From positions 1 through 61,916 of IMG/VR virus record IMGVR_UViG_3300032242_001185: DNA of 61,916 bases. One strand, 5' to 3'. The DNA is from a virus (Duplodnaviria > Caudoviricetes). Below are positions 1 through 7,260 of the stretch, in pieces (within the stretch, counting starts at the first letter, position 1; every line of letters begins with the position of its first letter). Under the pieces are notes generated by a model, which had not been told where the DNA came from, made no database searches, and saw only the letters and a program-made list of their open reading frames with translations. The translations under genes were made by a program, and so were the position numbers.

Positions 1-402
1 ATCTTCATTGCAGACCAGAATGTTGGTTCTCGTTATGTCGGTACTCGAGAGCAAGACCCTGCCTTGCTTGACCGCTTCAATGTCAAGTTGGAGTACGGCG
101 ATGACCCTGCGATTGAGTCGCAACTCATCCCGTCCCCTGCCCTGTTGGAGATTGCCCAGTCGCTCCGTTACTTGAGCAAGGCTGAACCAGCCAAGCACCG
201 CACTCGAGTCGGACTTCGTATGTTGCTCAACTTCGTCAAGCAAGCGAAGGTGTATAACTTCAAGTGGGCAGTGAACCGCTTCCTTGCCAACGTCCCAGAG
301 CAGGAGCGTGAAGCCGTCATGTTCCAGTTCGAGACTCGTTACCTCAACATCGCTCAAGAACTCAATGTTCCTGTCGGTGACTTCGACCCTGCAAACAACT
401 AA
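1..402 (+). CDS. MoxR/CbbQ-type AAA+ ATPase, C-terminal part (5' truncated by window)
   Basis: Frame is open from base 1 (IFIADQNVGSRYVGTREQDPALLDRF). The Y-x-GT...D-x-ALLDRF sensor/Arg-finger motif is typical of MoxR/CbbQ ATPases, and a VWA gene follows directly. Confidence 0.8.
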   Translation: MFIADQNVGSRYVGTREQDPALLDRFNVKLEYGDDPAIESQLIPSPALLEIAQSLRYLSKAEPAKHRTRVGLRMLLNFVKQAKVYNFKWAVNRFLANVPEQEREAVMFQFETRYLNIAQELNVPVGDFDPANN

Positions 403-411
403 GGAGAACCC

Positions 412-2460
412 ATGAGTAAAGTATTCCCAAGCATCAACCGCATTACCAAGCAACGGAAGCAAGAAGACCGCCAGCATGAGCGAGTCGTTCGTATGACTCA
501 AGTCATCCAGTCGTTCGCTTCTGGCTTCACCCTTCGCCCTATCAAGGTCAAGTTGGTCAAGAGCGGTAAAGCACCAGCGTTCTCATCCAGCGACCGCATT
601 TGGTTCGATGAGTCGCAGATTGCAGACCTCACCACCAAGGCTGGTGTTGCATCGCTCAAGGGGCTCACCTTGCACGAACTAAGCCACATCCTGCTCACCC
701 CTCGTTCGGGCACTGAGTTCCGCCAGTGGCTCATCGAGGAGGGCTTGTTTCATTCATGGAACGGGCTTGAAGACCAGCGCATCGAGTCGCAACTCATTGC
801 CCTGTATCCAAGCATCAAGGATTGGTTCAACGCCATGATTGCTGAGTACTTGCTCAAGCACCCAGAGCAGTGGCGTGTATCGTTCCCACTAATCCATGGT
901 CGCAAGTACCTTGACTCCAAGGTTCGTAAGGTGGTGAAGCGTGCTTTCAAGCACCAAGAGCGTGTCGCTGAACTTACTCGCATCATTGACACTTACCGCA
1001 CCCTGAACTTCTCAGACGATGCAGATGTTGAGACCGCTAAGGTGTTGGTCGCTGAGTACCACGAACTTACTAAGGACTTGCGCCTTGAAAACCCTAATGG
1101 TCACAACGACCGCTCCGAGACCGAGCACGAGACCAATGTCAAGTCCCGTCCGCTTCCTAAGAGCAAGCAGACCGAGGCTTCGGAGAAGGTTGCTAATGAA
1201 GAGCCTGAGGACGATGACGATGATTTGTACGATGACATCAACTGGGATGACTCAGACGATGAGCCTGAAACCGATGAGCCTGAAACCGATGAGCCTGAAA
1301 CCGATGAGCCCGAAGAAGGTGACAATGGTGCTCGTATTGACGAAGAAGAGTGGGATGGTGCTGACGGCTCGGACTGGGATGGTTCAGACGAGGATTCAGA
1401 TGACGAGTTTGATTCGGACTCTACTGATTCAGATGATGCTGAGTCTGACGATTCAAGCAGTGACGAGTCGGACTCGGATAATACTGAGTCTGGTGATGGA
1501 GACCAGTCGGAGACCGAGCAGGATAGCGAGTCTTCATCCGATGGCGAAGCCTCCAACAGCCCTGCTCAAGAAGAAATGGAACGCATCCTCAACGAGTCAC
1601 TGGCAGAAGTCTTTGAGCGTCTAGATGACAAACTCACCAACGACATTCGCTTGTACAACGGCGATGCACTCATGGAAGGCGAGATTGTGCCTGACCCTCC
1701 ACGCTACAAAAACCAACAGACTATGCCTGTAAGCGCAGAAGCAGTTCAAGGTTCAGAGGCGTTCGAGTACGAACTCAAGCGTCTCCGTGCCGAACACGAC
1801 CCAGCATGGAACAAGCGTGTCTCTTCTGGTCGCATCAACCCTGCCCGTTGGGAGCAGGGCTGTGACCCTGAAGAAGCGTTCGACCGCTTCGAGATGGGAC
1901 GCTCCGATGTGACCGACATCGAAGCAGTGGTGTTGCTCGATGTGTCTTCGTCTATGAGTTCCTTCGAACGGGAGGCTCATGAGTCTATGTGGGCTATCAA
2001 GAACGCTCTTGACTCGGTTGGTTCGAACACCAGCGTAGTTGCTTACAGCGACTACTGGGATGAGTACCAGAACAGTTGCTTCACCCTGTACTCGAGGGAT
2101 GAAAAGGTGAACCAAGAGATGCGGTTCATCCCTAACCTCGGCGGTACTGACCCACTCAAGGCGTTGCAGTACGCTCAAGGTCTGTTGGCTAACTCTACTC
2201 GTGCCATCAAGTTGCTGTTCATTGTGACCGATGGTGAATGGGCAGGAGAGTGCCTAGATGAGACCGAGCGTATCATCAACAACCTGCGAGATGGTGGCGT
2301 GATTACCAGCCTTGCATGGCTGTCCAGTTATGACATCGACCTCAACCGCAAGAACACCCACGGCGCAGAGATTGTTTCTCATGTGACCAAAGCCAGCGAC
2401 CTGTTTCATCTGGGTCGCTCCATCGTGGAAGTTGGCATCGACCGCCAACTCACCCACTAG
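412..2460 (+). CDS. VWA-domain protein with N-terminal HExxH metallopeptidase-like domain and long acidic linker (CobT/NorD-like)
   Basis: LHELSH and N-x-LED-x-RIE motifs; D/E/S-rich linker; MIDAS motif DVSSS, GGT and IVTDG; SD AAGGAG upstream. Confidence 0.85.
   Translation: MSKVFPSINRITKQRKQEDRQHERVVRMTQVIQSFASGFTLRPIKVKLVKSGKAPAFSSSDRIWFDESQIADLTTKAGVASLKGLTLHELSHILLTPRSGTEFRQWLIEEGLFHSWNGLEDQRIESQLIALYPSIKDWFNAMIAEYLLKHPEQWRVSFPLIHGRKYLDSKVRKVVKRAFKHQERVAELTRIIDTYRTLNFSDDADVETAKVLVAEYHELTKDLRLENPNGHNDRSETEHETNVKSRPLPKSKQTEASEKVANEEPEDDDDDLYDDINWDDSDDEPETDEPETDEPETDEPEEGDNGARIDEEEWDGADGSDWDGSDEDSDDEFDSDSTDSDDAESDDSSSDESDSDNTESGDGDQSETEQDSESSSDGEASNSPAQEEMERILNESLAEVFERLDDKLTNDIRLYNGDALMEGEIVPDPPRYKNQQTMPVSAEAVQGSEAFEYELKRLRAEHDPAWNKRVSSGRINPARWEQGCDPEEAFDRFEMGRSDVTDIEAVVLLDVSSSMSSFEREAHESMWAIKNALDSVGSNTSVVAYSDYWDEYQNSCFTLYSRDEKVNQEMRFIPNLGGTDPLKALQYAQGLLANSTRAIKLLFIVTDGEWAGECLDETERIINNLRDGGVITSLAWLSSYDIDLNRKNTHGAEIVSHVTKASDLFHLGRSIVEVGIDRQLTH
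1258..1314 (+). repeat. In-frame 15-bp tandem repeat (GATGAGCCTGAAACC x3 plus a partial copy) encoding DEPET
   Basis: Directly visible in the sequence. Confidence 0.95.
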
Positions 2461-2462
2461 CA

Positions 2463-2511
2463 GGGTGGGCGGTGGTGGTATGCCTCCTTCAGCACCCTAC
2501 CGCCCAACCCC
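2463..2511 (+). terminator. GC-rich stem-loop after the VWA gene (terminator or processing hairpin)
   Basis: GGGTGGGCGGT...ACCGCCCAACCC imperfect inverted repeat; the loop contains CCTCCTT; the U-tract is weak. Confidence 0.5.
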
Positions 2512-2577
2512 AAACTTTAGGGAAACGGAATCTCACCAATCCAACCCACCATGTAACGAAGCCGAAAGGAAACAACA

Positions 2578-3243
2578 ATGCTAACAAGCGAGATACTCAA
2601 AATCAGCCCTCAAGTTGAGATGGCTGTCATTCCAGAGAATGTGCACAAGCGTAAGAAAACTGAGCAACTCAAGGACTTGACTTCGGACAAAGTGCGTTTT
2701 GGTAAGCGTGTAAATAACAACCACTACGCTCCAAGGAACAAGTACAACAACATTACTTCTTTGGAAAAAGATGACTTCTTCGTAACCGAGAGCAAGTCGT
2801 TTGGTTTCTTGTACGAGATTGAGCGTGGCGATGGCACAGTCTTTTACGCCTCCATCAAACCTTCACAGATTGTAGCAACTCGTGCTGAATACGATGCGTA
2901 TTGGATTCCCGAGATTGAACGCCGTAAGGTGGAGGCTGAACTCCGTAAGGCTGAGGAGGTTCGTCAGGCAGAGATTCGTGAACGCCGTTACGCCGTAGAG
3001 AAGGAGCGCAAAGAACAGCACGAAGCGGAGGCTCTCGGTCTTGCAGAATCTGTTCGTGAGAGCATCTTGGCTTTGCTTGGGCAAAGGGCATACGACAAGG
3101 CTCTTGTACGAAACAACATCACTGGCTCATGGGTCAGTGTGGATACCGAGTATGAGACTTACAGGGTCGAGCAGTTGGGCACTGTAACAATAGAGATACG
3201 AGACTTCCAGCGTCTGCTGGAGAAAGCCCTAAAGGAGGGATAG
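2578..3243 (+). CDS. Hypothetical protein with central coiled coil
   Basis: 221-aa ORF; SD AAAGGA; E/R/K-rich helix. Confidence 0.75.
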   Translation: MLTSEILKISPQVEMAVIPENVHKRKKTEQLKDLTSDKVRFGKRVNNNHYAPRNKYNNITSLEKDDFFVTESKSFGFLYEIERGDGTVFYASIKPSQIVATRAEYDAYWIPEIERRKVEAELRKAEEVRQAEIRERRYAVEKERKEQHEAEALGLAESVRESILALLGQRAYDKALVRNNITGSWVSVDTEYETYRVEQLGTVTIEIRDFQRLLEKALKEG

Positions 3244-3245
3244 TA

Positions 3246-3425
3246 ATGCCGAAGTACATCGTACCCATAAACTTTTGGGGAACTATCGAAGCGGACTCTG
3301 CGGAGGATGCGTTTCAAAAGGTAATCGAGAACACAGATTGCGAAGCGTTCGAGGACGCACTAGCAAAGGTCGGACTCACCGACATTCAGCACTACCACGA
3401 AGAGGTAGAAGAGGAGGACGAGTAA
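3246..3425 (+). CDS. Small acidic hypothetical protein (59 aa, MPKYIVPINF...; not in ORF track)
   Basis: Translated by hand; SD GGAGG; TAATG overlap with the next gene. Confidence 0.7.
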   Translation: MPKYIVPINFWGTIEADSAEDAFQKVIENTDCEAFEDALAKVGLTDIQHYHEEVEEEDE

Positions 3426-3745
3426 TGACGCAAGACCACAGCGTAGAGTCATGGGAAGAAGAGTTTCAACCTATCGTCAATCACCTAGATGCAAACGCTT
3501 CATGGGATGGAATCATGTTTGAAACTTATGGAGATGAGTTGGAGTTTGTTCGTAGCCAGCCCGAAGAGAATGTCTGGACTTACATGGATGGGGATGGTGC
3601 TGGCACTATCATCTGTGCTGGCTATCACTTCGTGAACCGCATCGGTTACTTTGTAACCAAGGTAGCCCGTGACCCTGAACTCGAGGACATGAGCAACCAC
3701 ATCTGCATCACTGTATCAACCGATGAGGAGTACGAAGATGACTGA
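3425..3745 (+). CDS. Hypothetical phage protein (MTQDHS...FETYG...GYHFVNRIGYFVT)
   Basis: Start moved to the ATG at 3425 (TAATG coupling, SD GGAGGA); the longer start in the track overlaps the upstream gene. Confidence 0.75.
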   Translation: MTQDHSVESWEEEFQPIVNHLDANASWDGIMFETYGDELEFVRSQPEENVWTYMDGDGAGTIICAGYHFVNRIGYFVTKVARDPELEDMSNHICITVSTDEEYEDD

Positions 3746-3893
3746 CCGCATCAGTCCTAACCCATGGCTCACCGAGCACTATGTCTGTGAAGACTGTGGT
3801 GCTACAGCACACGACTTACCAGTAGACTGTTGCGATGCTTGCATCCTCAAGTTTTACTTTGACAACCCTCATGCCAGTAACTACAACGAATAG
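3738..3893 (+). CDS. Small Cys-rich protein (51 aa, CEDC...CCDAC)
   Basis: Translated by hand; SD GAGGAG; fills the gap in the operon. Confidence 0.6.
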   Translation: MTDRISPNPWLTEHYVCEDCGATAHDLPVDCCDACILKFYFDNPHASNYNE

Positions 3894-3899
3894 GAGTTT

Positions 3900-4196
3900 G
3901 TGTTGGAACTATCACCAGTAACAATCGTTCGCTGTCAGGACGAGGCACTAGGTCAAGTACTTACGGCATGGGGCAGGGAGGACGAAACTGACCTTGACTA
4001 CCCTGAAGTGTTGGAACTTCTCCGTGACAAGGACATTACTTCAGATGACTTATACGACCACGGCATCTTGGTTTGGGCAACATTCGATGACCAGACTCCA
4101 GAATGGATTGCAGACCAGATTGAGTCTTTGTACGACTCGTACATTGCCATCGCCAAAGGGGCGATTGGTGCAAACTGTGTTGCGAAAGGACACTAA
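3900..4196 (+). CDS. Acidic hypothetical protein
   Basis: 98-aa ORF; SD AGGAG; operon context. Confidence 0.7.
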   Translation: MLELSPVTIVRCQDEALGQVLTAWGREDETDLDYPEVLELLRDKDITSDDLYDHGILVWATFDDQTPEWIADQIESLYDSYIAIAKGAIGANCVAKGH

Positions 4197-4375
4197 TGGC
4201 AACAGCGAAATACTATGACAACAAGGGCGAAACTGTTTTGACTCTTGACGGAGTAGAATCAGACGCACTAACTGGTTGGCTCGGACAGATTGTGGACGAG
4301 TTGGACATGAGTGCAGACCAAGCCCAGATTTTGTCGGGCATCATTTCAGCAATAGACGAAGCGGAGTTCAACTAA
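4196..4375 (+). CDS. Small hypothetical protein (59 aa, MATAKYYD...)
   Basis: Translated by hand; TAATG overlaps at both ends. Confidence 0.7.
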   Translation: MATAKYYDNKGETVLTLDGVESDALTGWLGQIVDELDMSADQAQILSGIISAIDEAEFN

Positions 4376-4485
4376 TGGCGAACTACACCATCACCATTGA
4401 GGTCGATGACCCAGATGTAACCCCCGATAAACTGCGTTGGTTATTGGCTGAAGCAGGAAAAGTAACCGAAATAAAGGAGAACTAA
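4375..4485 (+). CDS. Micro-protein (36 aa, MANYTITIEV...TEIKEN)
   Basis: TAATG overlaps at both ends. Confidence 0.6.
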   Translation: MANYTITIEVDDPDVTPDKLRWLLAEAGKVTEIKEN

Positions 4486-4649
4486 TGGACAAGCAAAAAC
4501 TAATCAACTGGCTTGCTAAACAAGCCGAAGAGTTTCAGGATGACATGGACGAGTCAGAAAAAAATGACTTGGAGATTGACTATGCTCATGCTGAAGGCGC
4601 AAAACTTGCTTACGAGTTTGTAATCAAGCACCTTATTGAGGAGGACTAA
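4485..4649 (+). CDS. Small hypothetical protein (54 aa, MDKQKLINWL...)
   Basis: SD AAAGGAG; TAATG overlaps at both ends. Confidence 0.7.
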   Translation: MDKQKLINWLAKQAEEFQDDMDESEKNDLEIDYAHAEGAKLAYEFVIKHLIEED

Positions 4650-4930
4650 TGGAAGACGAAGTAAGAACTAGAATCATCTACGACTATGGTCGTTATGACT
4701 TCGAGCAAGAGTTGGAAGAGTATCTAGGGGTTACTCAAGTACCTACGGATGAAGAGTGGGTTCAGATTCAGGCTGGTATTCAGTTTGCTATCAACGAGTC
4801 CGCATGGAACATCGTTCGTGATGCCATGATTGGCTACAAAAACAAGAGGGAAAACGCTACACCAGTCACAGGGTTCTCTCCTGCTGGTCAGGCGTTTGCT
4901 AACCATTTCAAAAACAATAAGGAGAACTAA
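4649..4930 (+). CDS. Hypothetical protein
   Basis: 93-aa ORF; SD GAGGAGG; translationally coupled. Confidence 0.75.
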   Translation: MEDEVRTRIIYDYGRYDFEQELEEYLGVTQVPTDEEWVQIQAGIQFAINESAWNIVRDAMIGYKNKRENATPVTGFSPAGQAFANHFKNNKEN

Positions 4931-5130
4931 TGGACATCCAGCAACTAATCACCGACAAGGCATGGGTATCAGCCGATGGCTCATACGGCTCAGGTGGCAT
5001 CATCGTGTTCAACGGGGATTTGCTTACCGAGGCGCAATGGGATACGCTCAATAACTTGGGCGATAACGACAGGTACGATTATGTGCTTGCCATCTTGAAC
5101 AACGAAGATGTATCCGAGTGGGAGGGCTAA
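4930..5130 (+). CDS. Hypothetical protein
   Basis: 66-aa ORF; SD AAGGAG; translationally coupled. Confidence 0.75.
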   Translation: MDIQQLITDKAWVSADGSYGSGGIIVFNGDLLTEAQWDTLNNLGDNDRYDYVLAILNNEDVSEWEG

Positions 5131-5330
5131 TGAGGTACAACGGACACACATGGATTGGTCGCTGTGACCAATGCGACACCAGTGCCGAAGTGATTGTTAC
5201 CCAGCCCACCTTGGGCGGTAGCAAGGTGCTATGCCACGAGTGCTACGACAAGTATCTTGATGCTCAAACATCTGACGCTGTGTCGTTGCGCCAAGACCCA
5301 GATGATGAACGCAAATACGGGAAGTACTAA
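5130..5330 (+). CDS. Small zinc-finger-like protein (CDQC...CHEC)
   Basis: TAATG coupling; two CxxC pairs. Confidence 0.65.
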   Translation: MRYNGHTWIGRCDQCDTSAEVIVTQPTLGGSKVLCHECYDKYLDAQTSDAVSLRQDPDDERKYGKY

Positions 5331-5500
5331 TGACTGAGCCTTGGTGCTACTACTGTGGTGAAGACTACGCAAACCACCCAGAAGAACTAAAAGAAGCAGA
5401 CGGAGAAATGCTTTGTGACAGTTGCGCCAAGTTTATGTGCGCCACTTGCAACTATTCGCCGTGTGCTTGCAACGAACTACCAGACCTAAAGGAGAACTAA
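5330..5500 (+). CDS. Small Cys-rich protein (56 aa, CYYC, CDSC, CATC, CAC)
   Basis: Translated by hand; TAATG at both ends. Confidence 0.65.
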   Translation: MTEPWCYYCGEDYANHPEELKEADGEMLCDSCAKFMCATCNYSPCACNELPDLKEN

Positions 5501-5598
5501 TGTCTGCTGAACCAGAGTACTGCGACACCTGTGGTGTCCAGTTTAGTTACTTCGGCATCAACTGCAACTGCCACCTAACCGAGATAAAGGAAGACTAA
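5500..5598 (+). CDS. Cys-rich micro-protein (32 aa, CDTC...CNC...TEIKED)
   Basis: SD AAAGGAG; TAATG at both ends. Confidence 0.6.
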   Translation: MSAEPEYCDTCGVQFSYFGINCNCHLTEIKED

Positions 5599-5894
5599 TG
5601 GAAGAACTAACCCCGATTCAAGCATCAGAGAACATCGCTAACCTGAACATACCCATCACCGAGAAACTACACCTGCACCTATTCAGCAACCTGAACGCTC
5701 AAGTGCCCATGAACATGGTCGCTGTGTGTGAGAAGGTAATCGCTGACGCTAATGCTGGTGTGCCTCGAGACACCCTCATAGACTTGCCTGACGGCGTTTG
5801 GTTTCACGGCGAAGTACAGGCAACCATTCAGCAAATCATTGACGGACACCGCTTAGAGTTCTTCCTGAACGATTACGAGGTTACCAGTGGCTAA
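5598..5894 (+). CDS. Hypothetical protein
   Basis: 98-aa ORF; translationally coupled. Confidence 0.75.
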   Translation: MEELTPIQASENIANLNIPITEKLHLHLFSNLNAQVPMNMVAVCEKVIADANAGVPRDTLIDLPDGVWFHGEVQATIQQIIDGHRLEFFLNDYEVTSG

Positions 5895-6108
5895 GATGGC
5901 TGACCTTCATGCTAGAGGCATCCGTGACCTGCATAGTTACGCAGAAGGACGCAAAGACGAGCGAGACCACATTGTGCGACTCATCGAGAACGACAAGACG
6001 CTCGAGACACAGTTGCGATTCATCGAAGGTAACTCATGGGTTGATTCAGTAAAAATCATTTTCATGGCTTATTTGTTGTTACACCCAGAAGAAGGAGTAA
6101 AGGAATGA
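5887..6108 (+). CDS. Hypothetical protein
   Basis: 73-aa ORF overlapping both neighbours. Confidence 0.65.
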   Translation: MAKMADLHARGIRDLHSYAEGRKDERDHIVRLIENDKTLETQLRFIEGNSWVDSVKIIFMAYLLLHPEEGVKE

Positions 6109-6344
6109 AACTACAGTACGCTATCGGAGATACCCTCCGTAATCTCCGACAGGAACGGCACATGACGCTCCGTAACCTGTCTATCAAGTCAAATGTTGCT
6201 ATCGCACACATCTCAGATGTTGAGCGTGGGCGCAAGCAACTAAGCAACGACCTACTCGAGTCTGTTGCTCATGGCTTGAACCTGAGCACAGTAGAACTGT
6301 TGGGAGAAATCTACGATTACTTGAAGGAGCACAATGAGGTCTAA
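6105..6344 (+). CDS. XRE-family HTH regulator, ClgR-like
   Basis: IGDTLRNLRQERHMTLRNLS...HISDVERGRKQLSNDLL closely follows the actinobacterial ClgR pattern. Confidence 0.8.
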   Translation: MKLQYAIGDTLRNLRQERHMTLRNLSIKSNVAIAHISDVERGRKQLSNDLLESVAHGLNLSTVELLGEIYDYLKEHNEV

Positions 6345-6558
6345 AGACTTACAGCAACTTATCAAAGAAGCAGAGTGCCAAGGGTGGATGGTAGTTCCTA
6401 CCAGTAAAGGACACTACAAGTGGCTATCTCCTTTAGGTGACTTTTTCTTTTCCGCAAGCACACCATCCGACCACAGAGTTATCAAAAACATTCAGCGTGA
6501 CCTAACTCGTCACGGATTTATCAAGATACAAAAGAAGGGCAAAAAGAATCATGGCTAA
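6334..6558 (+). CDS. HicA-like toxin
   Basis: Small basic protein with GW...KGH...TPSD-x-R, the HicA-like signature seen in actinophages. Confidence 0.7.
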   Translation: MRSKDLQQLIKEAECQGWMVVPTSKGHYKWLSPLGDFFFSASTPSDHRVIKNIQRDLTRHGFIKIQKKGKKNHG

Positions 6559-6898
6559 GAAAGACATCGTCCGTTATAAAGAACCAATGTTCGACACTAC
6601 TGGGGCTAACTGTTTGACCACAGACCCCGATGTGTTCATGCCCGAAGGCAAAGACCACATCAAGATTACTCGCCAAGCCAAAGCCTTGTGCGCTGAGTGC
6701 CCACTGGTGCTTACCTGCCTTGATTACGCCATCAAGAACAAAGAGTGGGGCATCTGGGGAGGAACAACCATGAAGGAGCGCAAGCACCTTGAGCGGTTTC
6801 CAACCCGTAAAGAAGAGTACATTCGCACCTTGATTCGCACCAAGGGCGAGCGTGACTTGGTCACACTAGTAGATGAGAACACTATCTTGGAAGACTAA
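6551..6898 (+). CDS. whiB: WhiB-family transcription factor
   Basis: Four Cys (C...CAEC...C) plus GIWGG and ER motifs. Confidence 0.9.
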   Translation: MAKKDIVRYKEPMFDTTGANCLTTDPDVFMPEGKDHIKITRQAKALCAECPLVLTCLDYAIKNKEWGIWGGTTMKERKHLERFPTRKEEYIRTLIRTKGERDLVTLVDENTILED

Positions 6899-6938
6899 AG
6901 AAAAAGCCCCTCACTGTTTAGTGGGGGGCTTTCTCTTT
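6899..6938. terminator. Bidirectional rho-independent terminator between the convergent arms
   Basis: AAAGCCCCTCACT-gttt-AGTGGGGGGCTTT flanked by an A-tract and a T-tract. Confidence 0.85.
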
Positions 6939-6945
6939 ACCGAGG

Positions 6946-7260
6946 CTAAAGGAGATACATCTCCAACTCCTCCATCAGAAGCATTTTAGGCTTCGCTCCA
7001 GTAGTGCTGTAAACAACTTCTCCGCCTTTGTATAGGCGCATTGTAGGAATCGACACCAAACCCATAGCCAAAGGCTCGTTAGCATCAACATTTACTTTCG
7101 CCACAATCAGGCGGTCAGCCCAATCCTCCGACAGTTGCTCCAACACGGGAAGCATCATCTTGCACGGACTACACCACTCTGCCCAGTAATCAACCAGCAC
7201 AGGCTTATCTGCGGAAGCAATAAAACCTTCAAAGGTTGCCAAGGTTAGGTCTGTAATCAT
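6946..7260 (-). CDS. trxA: Thioredoxin
   Basis: DYWAEWCSPC active site and SIPT cis-Pro motif; ATGA overlap with the RNR stop codon. Confidence 0.92.
   Translation of the reverse strand: MITDLTLATFEGFIASADKPVLVDYWAEWCSPCKMMLPVLEQLSEDWADRLIVAKVNVDANEPLAMGLVSIPTMRLYKGGEVVYSTTGAKPKMLLMEELEMYLL

Noticed and set aside
1019-1624. Alternative-frame and antisense ORFs over the acidic linker (201 aa +, 151 aa -)
   Set aside because: By-products of low-complexity D/E/S codons in the VWA gene.
3275-3424. Arg-rich N-terminal extension of the 156-aa track ORF
   Set aside because: Overlaps a better-supported 59-aa gene; the likely start is the coupled ATG at 3425.
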